DNA of 64,000 nucleotides, taken from NCBI GenBank assembly GCA_963713045.1, contig CAVQKE010000003.1:512001-576000 (forward strand), written 5' to 3'. Shown here in pieces: positions 49,301 to 57,666 of this stretch. The position numbers were made by a program, and so were the translations under genes. The notes below the pieces were generated by a model. That model saw only the letters and a program-made list of their open reading frames with translations. It was not told the origin of the DNA and ran no database searches. The DNA comes from an uncultured delta proteobacterium. Its GTDB lineage: Bacteria > Myxococcota > Myxococcia > Myxococcales > Myxococcaceae. Numbering within the stretch: the stretch's first letter is position 1; every line of letters starts with the position of its first letter.

Positions 49301-51604
49301 CATGTCCAGCACCTCCGCGACGCTGTGGCCGCGCAGCCGCACCGCCAGCACTTCATCCCGAAAGCGCCGCCCGCGGCAGCTGGGGCAGGTGAGACGCACG
49401 TCTGCCAAAAACTGCATCTCCACCGTCTCCGCGCCCTCGCCGGCACAGGCTTCACACCGGCCGCCCTCCACGTTGAAGGAGAAGTGGCCACTCGGTAGTC
49501 CGCGCAGCACCGCGTCGGGCGTTTGGGAGAAGGCCTGACGAAGCGCATCCCAGGCCTTGGTGTAGGTGGCGGCGTTGCCCCGGGACGTCCGTCCCAGCGG
49601 GGCTTGGTCGACGAGGACGACGCGGGAAATGCCGTCCGCCCCGTCCACGCCGTCCACGCTGCCAGGCGCTTCCACGTCGCGCTGACCCAGCCGGCGTGCC
49701 AACGTGCGGTAGAGGACCTCCTCCAGCAGCGTGCTTTTGCCGCTTCCGGAGGGTCCGGTGATGGTGCACAGCGTGGCCAGTGGCAGCCGCACGTCCAGTC
49801 CCTGCAGGTTGTTGGCCCTGGCGCCCCGCACCCGGAGGTGGCCATGCCCCGGCCGCGGCTTCCTCGTCGAGGCGGCCGCCTCGCCGGCCAGCACCCGGCC
49901 CGTCGGAAGGTCCAGGCGTTTCTGCAGCGCGCTCGGGCTTCCGTCAAAGCACAGCTGCCCGCCGCCCGGGCCGGCCGCCGGGCCGAGCTCCAGGACGCGG
50001 GCGCAGCGGCGAATGACGGCCGGGTCGTGCTCCAACACCAGCGCAACGTTGCCCCGCGCGGCCAGTTCTTCCAGGGTGCCGCACAGCGTCTCCACGTCGG
50101 AGGGGTGAAGGCCAACCGTGGGCTCGTCCAGGACGAAGAGGGCACCGGTGAGGGCCGTGCCAAGCGCTGCGGTGAGGGAGACGCGCTGCGCTTCACCCCC
50201 CGAAAGGGTGCGACTCTGACGGTCCAGCCGGAGGTAGCCGAGGCCGACGGTTTCCAGGTAGGCCAGCCGGGTGGCGAGCTCCCGGCGGACAAGTTCGCCC
50301 TGGCCGGTCCGCACCTGAAGGGCTTCCAAGCGGGTCCGGGCCTCAGAGACTTCCAAGCCGTGCCAGGCGGCGAGGTCGAGGCCGCCGGTGCGGTAGCCGA
50401 GCGCCATCGGGTTGAGGCGGGCCCCATGGCAGGCGGTGCACAGGGTGTAGGCGCGGTAGCGGGCCAGCAGCACCCGGACATGCATTTTGTAGGTGCGCCC
50501 TTCCAGCCAGCGAAACCAGGCGCGTAGCCCCGGGTAGTGCCCGGCCCGGTAGCTCCCCTCGCCCTGTAGCACCGCTTCGCGTTGCACCGGAGAGAGGTGG
50601 CCCCATGGAACGTCGAGGGGAATGCCGCGCTTCTTTGCGAAGCGCACCAGCATCTCGCGCTCCCACTCGCTGGAGCGGCCATTCCATGGCCGGAGCGCCC
50701 CCTGCTGCAGGCTGAGGGCATCGTCCGGAATGACTTTTTCCCAGTCAATGCCCAGCGTCCGGCCGAAGCCGCGGCAGGTCGGGCAGGCGCCCACCGCCGA
50801 CTGGTAGCTGAAGAGGCCGGGCGAGGCGGCTTCAAACCCGTGCCCGCACCCTGGGCAGGCCAGGCCCTGCCGCAACAGGGTGCGCGCGCCGTCCACCCAC
50901 AGCGCCGCCGAGCCGGCCCCGCGCGCCCAAGCTTCCTCGAGGCTGGCACTGAGGCGTGGAAGGCCCTTCGCCTCAAGCGCCAAGCGGTCCACCACCACCT
51001 CGGCCCACCCGGTGGGCCCCATCGCCTGGGCGGGACTCAGCCCCTCCAGGGGGCGCACCTCGCCTTGCACCCACAGCCGCCGGTAGCCGTCGCGGAGCAG
51101 CTTCTCGCGGGCGTCGAGGAAGTCCGCCGTGTCTGCCATGCGGACGCCGTAGGTGAGGAGGCCAAGGCGGCCTTGGCCGGCGGCCAGAGCGGCGGCGGCA
51201 GCAGCGTGCGCGTCCGTGGGGCGGGCTTCTGCCCCGTCCACCGGGCAGACCGGAAGGGCTTCCCGGGTAAAGAGGGCGCACAGGTACGCCTCCAAGTCGG
51301 CCAAGGTGGCCACTGTGGAGCGCGAGCTCTTCACCGGCGAGCGGCGGTCGACGGCGATGCCGGTGGCCACTGGCTCCAGGGCCTCCATCGGCGGGCGCTC
51401 CAGCCTCTCGAGAAATTGCCGGGCGTAGGGGCTGAAGCTTTCGACGAAGCGCCGCTGTCCCTCGGCGTACAAGGTATCCACCGCCAGGCTGCTTTTGCCC
51501 GCTCCGGAGACGCCGGTGACAGCCACCAGCTCGCCCTCGGCCAAGTCGAGCGAGACGTCCTTCAGGTTGTGGGTACGGGCCCGGACGAGGTGGGTCTTCT
51601 GCAT
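46328..51604 (-). CDS. uvrA: double-length UvrA-like excinuclease ATPase (two tandem UvrA units)
   Basis: Four Walker A motifs (GVSGAGKS, GPSGSGKS twice, GVSGSGKS), four LSGGE/LDEP sets, several CxxC fingers. Confidence 0.92.
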   Translation of the reverse strand: MQKTHLVRARTHNLKDVSLDLAEGELVAVTGVSGAGKSSLAVDTLYAEGQRRFVESFSPYARQFLERLERPPMEALEPVATGIAVDRRSPVKSSRSTVATLADLEAYLCALFTREALPVCPVDGAEARPTDAHAAAAAALAAGQGRLGLLTYGVRMADTADFLDAREKLLRDGYRRLWVQGEVRPLEGLSPAQAMGPTGWAEVVVDRLALEAKGLPRLSASLEEAWARGAGSAALWVDGARTLLRQGLACPGCGHGFEAASPGLFSYQSAVGACPTCRGFGRTLGIDWEKVIPDDALSLQQGALRPWNGRSSEWEREMLVRFAKKRGIPLDVPWGHLSPVQREAVLQGEGSYRAGHYPGLRAWFRWLEGRTYKMHVRVLLARYRAYTLCTACHGARLNPMALGYRTGGLDLAAWHGLEVSEARTRLEALQVRTGQGELVRRELATRLAYLETVGLGYLRLDRQSRTLSGGEAQRVSLTAALGTALTGALFVLDEPTVGLHPSDVETLCGTLEELAARGNVALVLEHDPAVIRRCARVLELGPAAGPGGGQLCFDGSPSALQKRLDLPTGRVLAGEAAASTRKPRPGHGHLRVRGARANNLQGLDVRLPLATLCTITGPSGSGKSTLLEEVLYRTLARRLGQRDVEAPGSVDGVDGADGISRVVLVDQAPLGRTSRGNAATYTKAWDALRQAFSQTPDAVLRGLPSGHFSFNVEGGRCEACAGEGAETVEMQFLADVRLTCPSCRGRRFRDEVLAVRLRGHSVAEVLDMSVASALSVFSDLPAVARSLEPLARLGLGYLPLGQPLSSLSGGEAQRVKLARALGGPQLGALYLLDEPSAGLHGEDVAAVLQALHGLVDAGGSVLAVEHDLGFIRGSDWVVDLGPGGGRHGGRLVAEGPPAALAQGVGRTAEALRAAGRRAPVVAPRKEAAVTDRAIEVEHAREHNLQDVSCRIPLGKLVVMTGPSGSGKSTLAFDVLYAEAQRRFVETLSPYARQFLPMLPRPDVERIRGLPPAVAVEQRTARAGATSTVATVTEVAHYLRLLYAKVGTAHCPRDDSPIAPQSPEALWQRSRRVRGQLTLQAPVVRARKGTYLDVFTAASRAGVVEARVDGVRVSTDTPPRLKKSQEHDIDLVLWTGRAAELPQEAFERALRWGKGLVRLVSGQGESLLSAARSCAACGTAVPELDPRWFSFNTRQGACEACEGTGVEGGADAVAEGESEACGSCQGTRLQPIPRAVRLFGARYHEVVADSVCRALARVRRWHFHGTDAQLGDTALGELVRRLEFLERVGLGYLSLDRNASTLSGGEMQRLRLAAQAGAGLTGALYVLDEPTIGLHPRDTHRLLDNLRALVRSGSTVVVVEHDADTLRAADHLIDLGPGGGRGGGRIVAEGPPEHVLSLDISPTARALARPTLMPAARPEASAWLELLGARANNLRKVDLRLPLGRLTVVAGVSGSGKSTLVRQVLFPAVRAALGRVTAPPGPFTALSGLGGLRRVLAVDQSPIGRTPRSVPATFLGLWDELRRAFAATPEARARGFGPARFSFNTAAGGRCQACQGQGSISHEMSFLPDVTTPCEACGGMRFDAPTREVRYHGLDVGQVLHLTVEEAREVFAALPRVAAPLQCLVELGVGYLQLGQGSHTLSGGEAQRLKLAAELTASARHEPTLYVLDEPTTGLHLSDVEKLVHFLGRLVERGDTLVVIEHHPTIIAAADHLVELGPEGGEAGGRIVAEGPPARVAQRDTATGQLLRALLGKAAARSA

Positions 51605-51683
51605 GGGGACGACCGCGGCCTAAATAGCGAAGGAAGGCGTCCGGCGCTGCCCTCAAGTGGGGCCCGGGACGAAACAAAAGCGC

Positions 51684-52067
51684 ATGGACCAGGCCAGCCC
51701 AGGGGCCGCCGAGCGAAGAAGGGCAGCCGCCGAAGCCCTCGGCCTGGCCGACGAGGCGCTGTTGCGCGCCTGTGTGGAAAGCTTCTTTGTGGGCAGTGGC
51801 CCGGGCGGACAGCACCGCAACAAGACGGCCTCGGCGGTGCGGCTGTGGCACCCGGCCACCAGCCTCACGGTGACAGCCACCGAGCGGCGCAGCCAGGCGC
51901 AAAACCGCGCCGTCGCCTTACGCCGGCTGCGCGCCGCCCTGCGGGCCATCTCCCACGTCCCCCGGGTGAGAAAGCCGACGCGTCCTTCGGGCGCCTCCCG
52001 CGAGCGCCGGCTGGCGGCTAAGCGCCACCGGGCGCAGAGGAAGGCCAGTCGCCGCCCTGAAGGCTAA
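51684..52067 (+). CDS. ArfB/YaeJ-like peptidyl-tRNA hydrolase (RF-1 domain)
   Basis: SGPGGQHRNKT.SAVRL, RSQ..NR, basic C-tail RKPTRP...RRLAAKRHRAQRK. Confidence 0.85.
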   Translation: MDQASPGAAERRRAAAEALGLADEALLRACVESFFVGSGPGGQHRNKTASAVRLWHPATSLTVTATERRSQAQNRAVALRRLRAALRAISHVPRVRKPTRPSGASRERRLAAKRHRAQRKASRRPEG

Positions 52068-52114
52068 GGTATTTGGTGCCGCCTTGGGGCGGCCCGGGCC
52101 CCTGGAGGTCAGAC

Positions 52115-52744
52115 ATGCAAGCCCACACTCCCTACTCCGTGCACCCGTCGGTGGCCTACCTGCAAGCCTTGCTGGCCAACCTCGAAGCCCGCACTGGGCT
52201 GAGCGCCGAGGGTTGGGTGCGGCTGGTACAGGCCAAGGGGCCCAAGGGAGTCAAACTCCGGCGGGAGTGGCTCAAGGCACAGGGGCTGGGAGGCAACCAG
52301 GCGGCGCTGGTGGCCGAGCGCTCGGTGGAGGGAAAGGCCAGCGCCATGGATGACACGGCGGAGGGGTACCTCCAGTCAGCCGGGGGCTATGTCGAGCGTC
52401 AATACGAGGGGAAGAAGGCGGCCCTCCGTCCCCTGTATGAATTGCTGCTGGGCACTGCGCTGGCCAGCGGGCCGGAGGCCAAGGCCTGCCCCTGCCGCAC
52501 CTTCGTCCCTCTGTTTCGCCACCACGTCTTCGCCCAAATTAAGCCCAGCAGCGTCAGCCGAATTGACCTTGGCCTGGCGCTGGGGGACCCGGCGAAGGTG
52601 AAGGCCCCCGGCACGCGCCTTCTGCAGACGGGAGGTTTCGCCAAGCGGGACAGAATTACCCACCGCTTCGAAGTCACCCGGCCCTCGGACGTCGACGCGA
52701 CGGTGAGGCGGTGGCTGACGGTTGCCTACGAGCGCGACGCCTAA
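52115..52744 (+). CDS. DUF4287/DUF5655-like protein
   Basis: NLEARTG..W...WLK, QYEGKK..LRPLY, FAQI.P, RITH, WL..AY. Confidence 0.7.
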   Translation: MQAHTPYSVHPSVAYLQALLANLEARTGLSAEGWVRLVQAKGPKGVKLRREWLKAQGLGGNQAALVAERSVEGKASAMDDTAEGYLQSAGGYVERQYEGKKAALRPLYELLLGTALASGPEAKACPCRTFVPLFRHHVFAQIKPSSVSRIDLGLALGDPAKVKAPGTRLLQTGGFAKRDRITHRFEVTRPSDVDATVRRWLTVAYERDA

Positions 52745-52795
52745 ATGGGCGACATCCCTCAGCGGCCGCTGAAAGGGGGTGCGGCTGCTGGCTTC

Positions 52796-53497
52796 TTACG
52801 GGCAAACCGTGCTGCAGCCTCCAAGGTCAATGGAGATGCCGGCGTCCGCGGTCAGCGTGCCGGCGGACGTCTCCGCGGTGAAGACATAGGCTTCGGTGCA
52901 GTTTAGCTCTGCCGGGCAGCCCGGGCTGCCACAGCAAAATGGGCCTGAGGCGAGGTTGAAGACGGTGGCCGTTTGTCCGGCCTCCACCGTGGCCGTCGTC
53001 GGCGGATAGGTGGCGGGGGACGATGGACCGCAGGCGCCTGAAGTGACGGTCGCCGAAATGCCGAGCTTGGTGACGGTGACCGGCAAGCACGAACCATTGG
53101 TCAGACTGTACGCCGCTTCGAAGTTCTGCTGGCAGACGTAATTGGCTGCGGTCGACACCGCCAGGGTGACCGGTCCGGCGGCGACACAGACACTGGTCGA
53201 GTTGACGGCCTCGCTGCCGCCGGAAGCCATCGCCGTCAGTGTGAACGTGGTGCTGGTGGTGACAGTCGCGGTGGTACTTCCGGCGGTGACCGGCGTCACA
53301 TTGCCGACCCCGTGGTCGATGGACAGCGAGGTGGCGCCCATGACGTCCCAGGCCAGTGTCACCGTCCCTCCGTCCTGGGGCAGGGTCGCTGGCGTGGCAG
53401 AGAAGCCGGCGATGATGGGCGCGGCCGAGCCGCAGTTACATCCAGACAGCGTCAACATCGCGAACAGCGTGAGACTTACTTGCCGCAGGCAGGTCAT
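52796..53497 (-). CDS. cysteine-rich lipoprotein with an Ig/PKD-like domain
   Basis: Lipobox LSGC; FSATP...VTLAW.V.GA..LSID.GVG..TTTFTLTA; Cys-rich C-terminal half. Confidence 0.7.
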   Translation of the reverse strand: MTCLRQVSLTLFAMLTLSGCNCGSAAPIIAGFSATPATLPQDGGTVTLAWDVMGATSLSIDHGVGNVTPVTAGSTTATVTTSTTFTLTAMASGGSEAVNSTSVCVAAGPVTLAVSTAANYVCQQNFEAAYSLTNGSCLPVTVTKLGISATVTSGACGPSSPATYPPTTATVEAGQTATVFNLASGPFCCGSPGCPAELNCTEAYVFTAETSAGTLTADAGISIDLGGCSTVCP

Positions 53498-53688
53498 CGC
53501 CGGTGTCCCCCTCTTGGGAGCGCAATCAGGCAGGAGCAGCCAGGTCAATTGCAATGGGTTTCGTGCCAGTGAACTGGGGATGAAGAGTTTCGCTTTCAGC
53601 GTCCTCGCCCGACTGCGAATGCAGGGCACTTTCGACGGAGGCCCCTTCGAGAGAGGACGGCGCGGTACAACCAGACTGGAGGTGGGCG

Positions 53689-55536
53689 CTACGGTTGTCG
53701 CGAGGAGCCCCCGGCGGCCGCCTCAGGGCGAAAGCGGTTGCGGATGCGGAAGCGCACCTGCTCCAGGGCGTCCGCGACGGACACCGTCGCGCCGGGAAGG
53801 AAGCTGATGGAGAAGGTGCGCTTCGGACAGTCGGCCAACAGCCGCCGCTCCGGGACCGGCTTTCCGTTTTGAAGAAGCCGCAGCTGGGCTTCCGAAATGC
53901 CCACGCCGTGGCGGGCCAGGACGTCGTCGTAGAAGCGGCGCTTCAGCTGCCCCACGCTGAGGGCTTCGAGTTGGACCGGAAGCAGCTGGGTGCTGACCGC
54001 GGCCCGGCCGAAGCGAAACGTCCACTCGGACACCAAGTCCAAGTCCAGGAAGGCGTCGTTGAGGACGGACTGGACATCCTGGCCCCGCGGCATCCAATAG
54101 CTTTTCACCACCTCGCCGCAGGCTGGGCACACCGTGGCATGCAAGTCATCCAGTCCCCGCAGCCGGTAGAGCGGCACCGTGAAGACGTCCTGTGCGCAGC
54201 TCGGGCAGCGCGTCTGCTCCCCGAGGGTGCCCAGCACCCGGCGAAAGTCGGCACGCAGCGCGTGGCTGCGCAACGCCAGCGGCACCGCCTCGGCGAGGAC
54301 GGCGTCCCGAAACCGTAGCCCGGTCTGCACCACCTTGGGGCCAGCCCGCCGCACGCCGAGTTCGAGCAACTCGGCGGCGTCCACCAGCGCTCGTTCGAGA
54401 GAGCCGCCGCGGCCTGGGGACGCCGCGTCGAGACGCGCGCGCAACCCCTCCAGCGTGGCCAGCGTCTCCAGTCCGTGCGGGACGAGTTCCGCGGCATAGG
54501 CGAAGAGGACGAGGCTCACCACGGCCGGCTGCTCGGTGGAGGCCGACACCAGCCACTGCGCGCGCCGCCGTGCCTCCGGAGAGGCATGGAGGGCGGCCAG
54601 GCCCTCCAGTGACCAGCGGACGAGGGGCGCCCTGGCGTGCGGCTCAAACACCCGCCCCATGCCTCGGCTTTGGGCAGAGTCGAGCTCCGTGGCCTTTCGG
54701 TTGTAGCGCCGCACGGCGTCCTCCAGGGCCAGCGCTGCAGCCCGGACATCGTCATACGCTGCCCGGGTGCGCTCGCCCAGCTCGCTGCGGAGCGCGTCGA
54801 AGGCGTCGAGGCCTGCCCGCTCGCGCTCCGTCACCTTCTGCCACAGCCGTGCGGTGGGACAGCGCTCCAGCGCAGCGAATTCCTCTTTCAGGCCCGCCAG
54901 CACGTCGCCGAAGCGCGCGCAGCGGGCCTCCAGCAGGGCCACCTCCCGCTCCAGCGCCACCCCTTCCTCCGCCGGCTCGGCGCCCAGCGCTTGGTCTGCC
55001 AGCGCCCGCAGGCCTGCCAAGTCACCTGCCCGGTAGAGGGCGTTGATGCGGACCATCAACGCCGCGGACAGCACTTGCCCCTTCTCATCTCGGGCCAGGT
55101 CCGGGTGGTAGCGCCGGGCCAGCCGCCGGTAGAGCGTCTTGAGCTCGGCAGCCGTGTCCGGCGCCGGCGCCACGTCCTCCAATGCCTCGGCTTCCTCCGG
55201 CGACTGGACCTCGTTGAGGAGTTCCCGCGCCCGCCGCGCGTCCAGCCGCCGGGCACGGCGGACCAAGTCCGCCCTGGGCGCCGTCTCGAGGAGCTCCGCC
55301 CACCGCTCGAGGTGGCGCACCACGCCCACCACCCGCTGGTAGCTGGTGGAGAGCCCGCGCAGCGCGCCGTGAAGGCGCGAGTCGAAGACGCTGAGGGTGG
55401 TGCGCAGCGTCTCGATGTCGAGGTCCAGCTGAGCGATGGCGTCGCGGAGGGACTCCGCCTCGGCCTGAAGCTCCACCAGCCGCGCGCGCAGCGGCGAGTC
55501 GGCCAGAACGAGGAAGCTCGGCGTGGAAGCGGGCAT
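53689..55536 (-). CDS. coiled-coil + J-domain + Zn-ribbon protein
   Basis: LKTLYRRLARRYHPDL...INALY (J domain); CPSC and CPAC; start set at MPASTP. Confidence 0.75.
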   Translation of the reverse strand: MPASTPSFLVLADSPLRARLVELQAEAESLRDAIAQLDLDIETLRTTLSVFDSRLHGALRGLSTSYQRVVGVVRHLERWAELLETAPRADLVRRARRLDARRARELLNEVQSPEEAEALEDVAPAPDTAAELKTLYRRLARRYHPDLARDEKGQVLSAALMVRINALYRAGDLAGLRALADQALGAEPAEEGVALEREVALLEARCARFGDVLAGLKEEFAALERCPTARLWQKVTERERAGLDAFDALRSELGERTRAAYDDVRAAALALEDAVRRYNRKATELDSAQSRGMGRVFEPHARAPLVRWSLEGLAALHASPEARRRAQWLVSASTEQPAVVSLVLFAYAAELVPHGLETLATLEGLRARLDAASPGRGGSLERALVDAAELLELGVRRAGPKVVQTGLRFRDAVLAEAVPLALRSHALRADFRRVLGTLGEQTRCPSCAQDVFTVPLYRLRGLDDLHATVCPACGEVVKSYWMPRGQDVQSVLNDAFLDLDLVSEWTFRFGRAAVSTQLLPVQLEALSVGQLKRRFYDDVLARHGVGISEAQLRLLQNGKPVPERRLLADCPKRTFSISFLPGATVSVADALEQVRFRIRNRFRPEAAAGGSSRQP

Positions 55537-55619
55537 GAGGGGAAGCGAGAGCTTAACCTCGGCCGCATCCCCCGGGTCCCCACCCATGAAGAGAGCCCGC
55601 TGTGAAGGAGTCAAAACCC

Positions 55620-56060
55620 ATGCTTCGTCGGTTCCCCGTTTCCACGCTGCTTGCGGCCACGCTGTTGGCCACCACTTCATTGGCCCAGGGTACGCCGCAG
55701 CCGGGTGATGCACCCCCCTCCGGCAAGGGAGGTGGAGCTTGTCGCGCGGACATCGCCGCGCTCTGTCCCAACCTACAACCCGGGCCCGGCGAGCACGGCG
55801 CCATCGCCAAATGCCTCGAGAGCCAAGCGGACAAGCTGTCTGCACCCTGCAAAGCCCACCTCGATGCGGAGAAGGCCAAGATGGAGGCCGTCAAAGAGGC
55901 CTGTCAGGGCGACGTCGACAAGTTTTGCGGCGGCGTCGCCACTGGCGAAGGCCGCATCATGCGGTGCCTTCACCAGCACCAGAGCGAATTGAGCGACAGC
56001 TGCAAGGCGGCCTGGCCGAAGCACCACGGGCCGCCCCCGGCCGCGCCGCCGGCGCAGTAA
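55620..56060 (+). CDS. secreted protein with two GLG1/Cys_rich_FGFR-like repeats
   Basis: Signal peptide; C..D...C..V..G.G....CL......LS..C twice; AAGGAG RBS. Confidence 0.8.
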   Translation: MLRRFPVSTLLAATLLATTSLAQGTPQPGDAPPSGKGGGACRADIAALCPNLQPGPGEHGAIAKCLESQADKLSAPCKAHLDAEKAKMEAVKEACQGDVDKFCGGVATGEGRIMRCLHQHQSELSDSCKAAWPKHHGPPPAAPPAQ

Positions 56061-56186
56061 TTCTTCACCCGCAACCCCCTAGCCAAGTTCCGGCTGTAGC
56101 TGCATTGTTCAGCCGGGCTCGGCCGCTACGACCGGGCCCGCCCCTTCCTCTTCTGGCAGGGGCCTCTTCGGCCCAAGGAGAGTGCC

Positions 56187-56600
56187 ATGTCGAAGCTTCC
56201 GAAGTGTTGGTCTGCCCTCGTCGCAGCCGGGTGTTTCCTCGCGGCCCCGCTGGCCTTTGGCCAGGCCGCCGACCCCGGCAAGCCCTGCCAAGCGGACGTC
56301 AAGAAGCTGTGTCCAGGCGTCAAGCCGGGCCATGGCCACATCCTTGCTTGCCTCGAGGGCAAGACCGACCAGCTGTCGGACACCTGCAAAGAAGTCATCA
56401 AGACCAAGCTGCAGGACTTCTACACGGCATGCGGTGACGACGCGACGAAGTTTTGCGCGGGCGTGGACAAGGGACAGGGGAAAGTCGTGAAGTGCCTCTA
56501 TAAGAACGAAGCCAAACTGAGCGACAGCTGCAAGGCGCAGTTCACCAAGATGAAGGCGGCCGCCGCAGCCCACGGCGTGACGCCGCCGCCGGCCCAGTAG
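56187..56600 (+). CDS. secreted protein with two GLG1/Cys_rich_FGFR-like repeats (paralog)
   Basis: Same repeat pattern; AAGGAG RBS. Confidence 0.8.
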   Translation: MSKLPKCWSALVAAGCFLAAPLAFGQAADPGKPCQADVKKLCPGVKPGHGHILACLEGKTDQLSDTCKEVIKTKLQDFYTACGDDATKFCAGVDKGQGKVVKCLYKNEAKLSDSCKAQFTKMKAAAAAHGVTPPPAQ

Positions 56601-56604
56601 AGGC

Positions 56605-57666
56605 CTACGGGGTGGGCGGCGGAGCGGGGGTGGCCTCGGCCGCTCCCGCCTGTAGCGCGCCCAGCAGTTGGTTGAGGTTGAGCGTCTGCACGCCGACCCC
56701 ACTCTTCCCGGTGGGTAGAAACACCAGCTGCTTTCCGGCCAGCGCCTCGGCAATCCGCAGCTTCACCAACGCCTTGCCGCCACTTCCGGCCAGCGCCTCG
56801 TTTTGCTTGCGCACCGCCTCGGCGTGCGCTTTGCGCTCGGCGACAATGGCCTCCGCCCGCTTCTGGCTTTGCACGTAGCTTGCGTCGGCGGCCAAGCGCG
56901 CGGTGTCCAGCGCCCCGGCGGCCGCGGCCAGCTGCTGGGACACCGTCCCCTTGGCCTTTTCCAGCTCGCTTTTCCACTGCTCGGAAGTGGCGCGTCCCTC
57001 GCTGCGCACCCGCTCGCTGTTTTGCTCGGCCAGCTTCTTGTCGCGAATGACTTTCTCGTATTCCGGGTTGAAGCGGTGCTCGCCGAGGATGACTTGGCGG
57101 ATGAGGACGCCCTCCGGGCCCAGCACCTCCTGCAGCCGGTCACGTGCCTCGCTGGCCTTGGCGAAGCGCTTCTCGGAGACGTAAAACTCCTCACTCCGAA
57201 GCTCATTCAGCACGTCGCGCACCACGCTGCGGCACGCCGGGCGAACCAGCTTCTCCTTCACCTCCTCCACGTTTTCCCCCACCTTGTTGAGCAGGTAGGG
57301 GGCGCGCTTCGGGTCCACCTGCCAGGCCACGGTGACGTCCACGCGAATGTCGTTGCCGTCCACCGTCTTGAAGTTGAGGTCATCCTCGGCGTTGCGGTCT
57401 CCCCGCCGGGGGTCCTTCACCATCGCCAGGTTTTGCATGGAGACGTCAAACGTATTCCAGTCGGTGACAAAGGCCGGAAACAGGTAGGTGGCGCCGGGGG
57501 CGTAGATTTCAGGCTGCACGCCGGGTTTGCCCAACAGGCCGCCGAAGGACAGCTTCCGGGTGAGGACGCCCACCTCGGTGCTTCCGGTGGAGTGGCAGGT
57601 GCAGCCCTGAAGCGGCAGGGCCACCAGGAAAAGGAGGAGAAAGGGGCGGTGGAGCATCCGGCTCAC
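56605..57666 (-). CDS. SPFH/band-7 domain protein (HflC/prohibitin-like, possible lipoprotein)
   Basis: EVGV, FKTVDG.DI.VDVTV.W, coiled-coil C-terminus; LQGC. Confidence 0.85.
   Translation of the reverse strand: MSRMLHRPFLLLFLVALPLQGCTCHSTGSTEVGVLTRKLSFGGLLGKPGVQPEIYAPGATYLFPAFVTDWNTFDVSMQNLAMVKDPRRGDRNAEDDLNFKTVDGNDIRVDVTVAWQVDPKRAPYLLNKVGENVEEVKEKLVRPACRSVVRDVLNELRSEEFYVSEKRFAKASEARDRLQEVLGPEGVLIRQVILGEHRFNPEYEKVIRDKKLAEQNSERVRSEGRATSEQWKSELEKAKGTVSQQLAAAAGALDTARLAADASYVQSQKRAEAIVAERKAHAEAVRKQNEALAGSGGKALVKLRIAEALAGKQLVFLPTGKSGVGVQTLNLNQLLGALQAGAAEATPAPPPTP

Noticed and set aside
51605..51683. LexA box upstream of uvrA
   Set aside because: No match to an SOS-box pattern I recognise
53549..53569. 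Minus-strand TGGCACG...TTGCA sigma54-like promoter
   Set aside because: GG-to-GC spacing is 13 nt rather than the required 10
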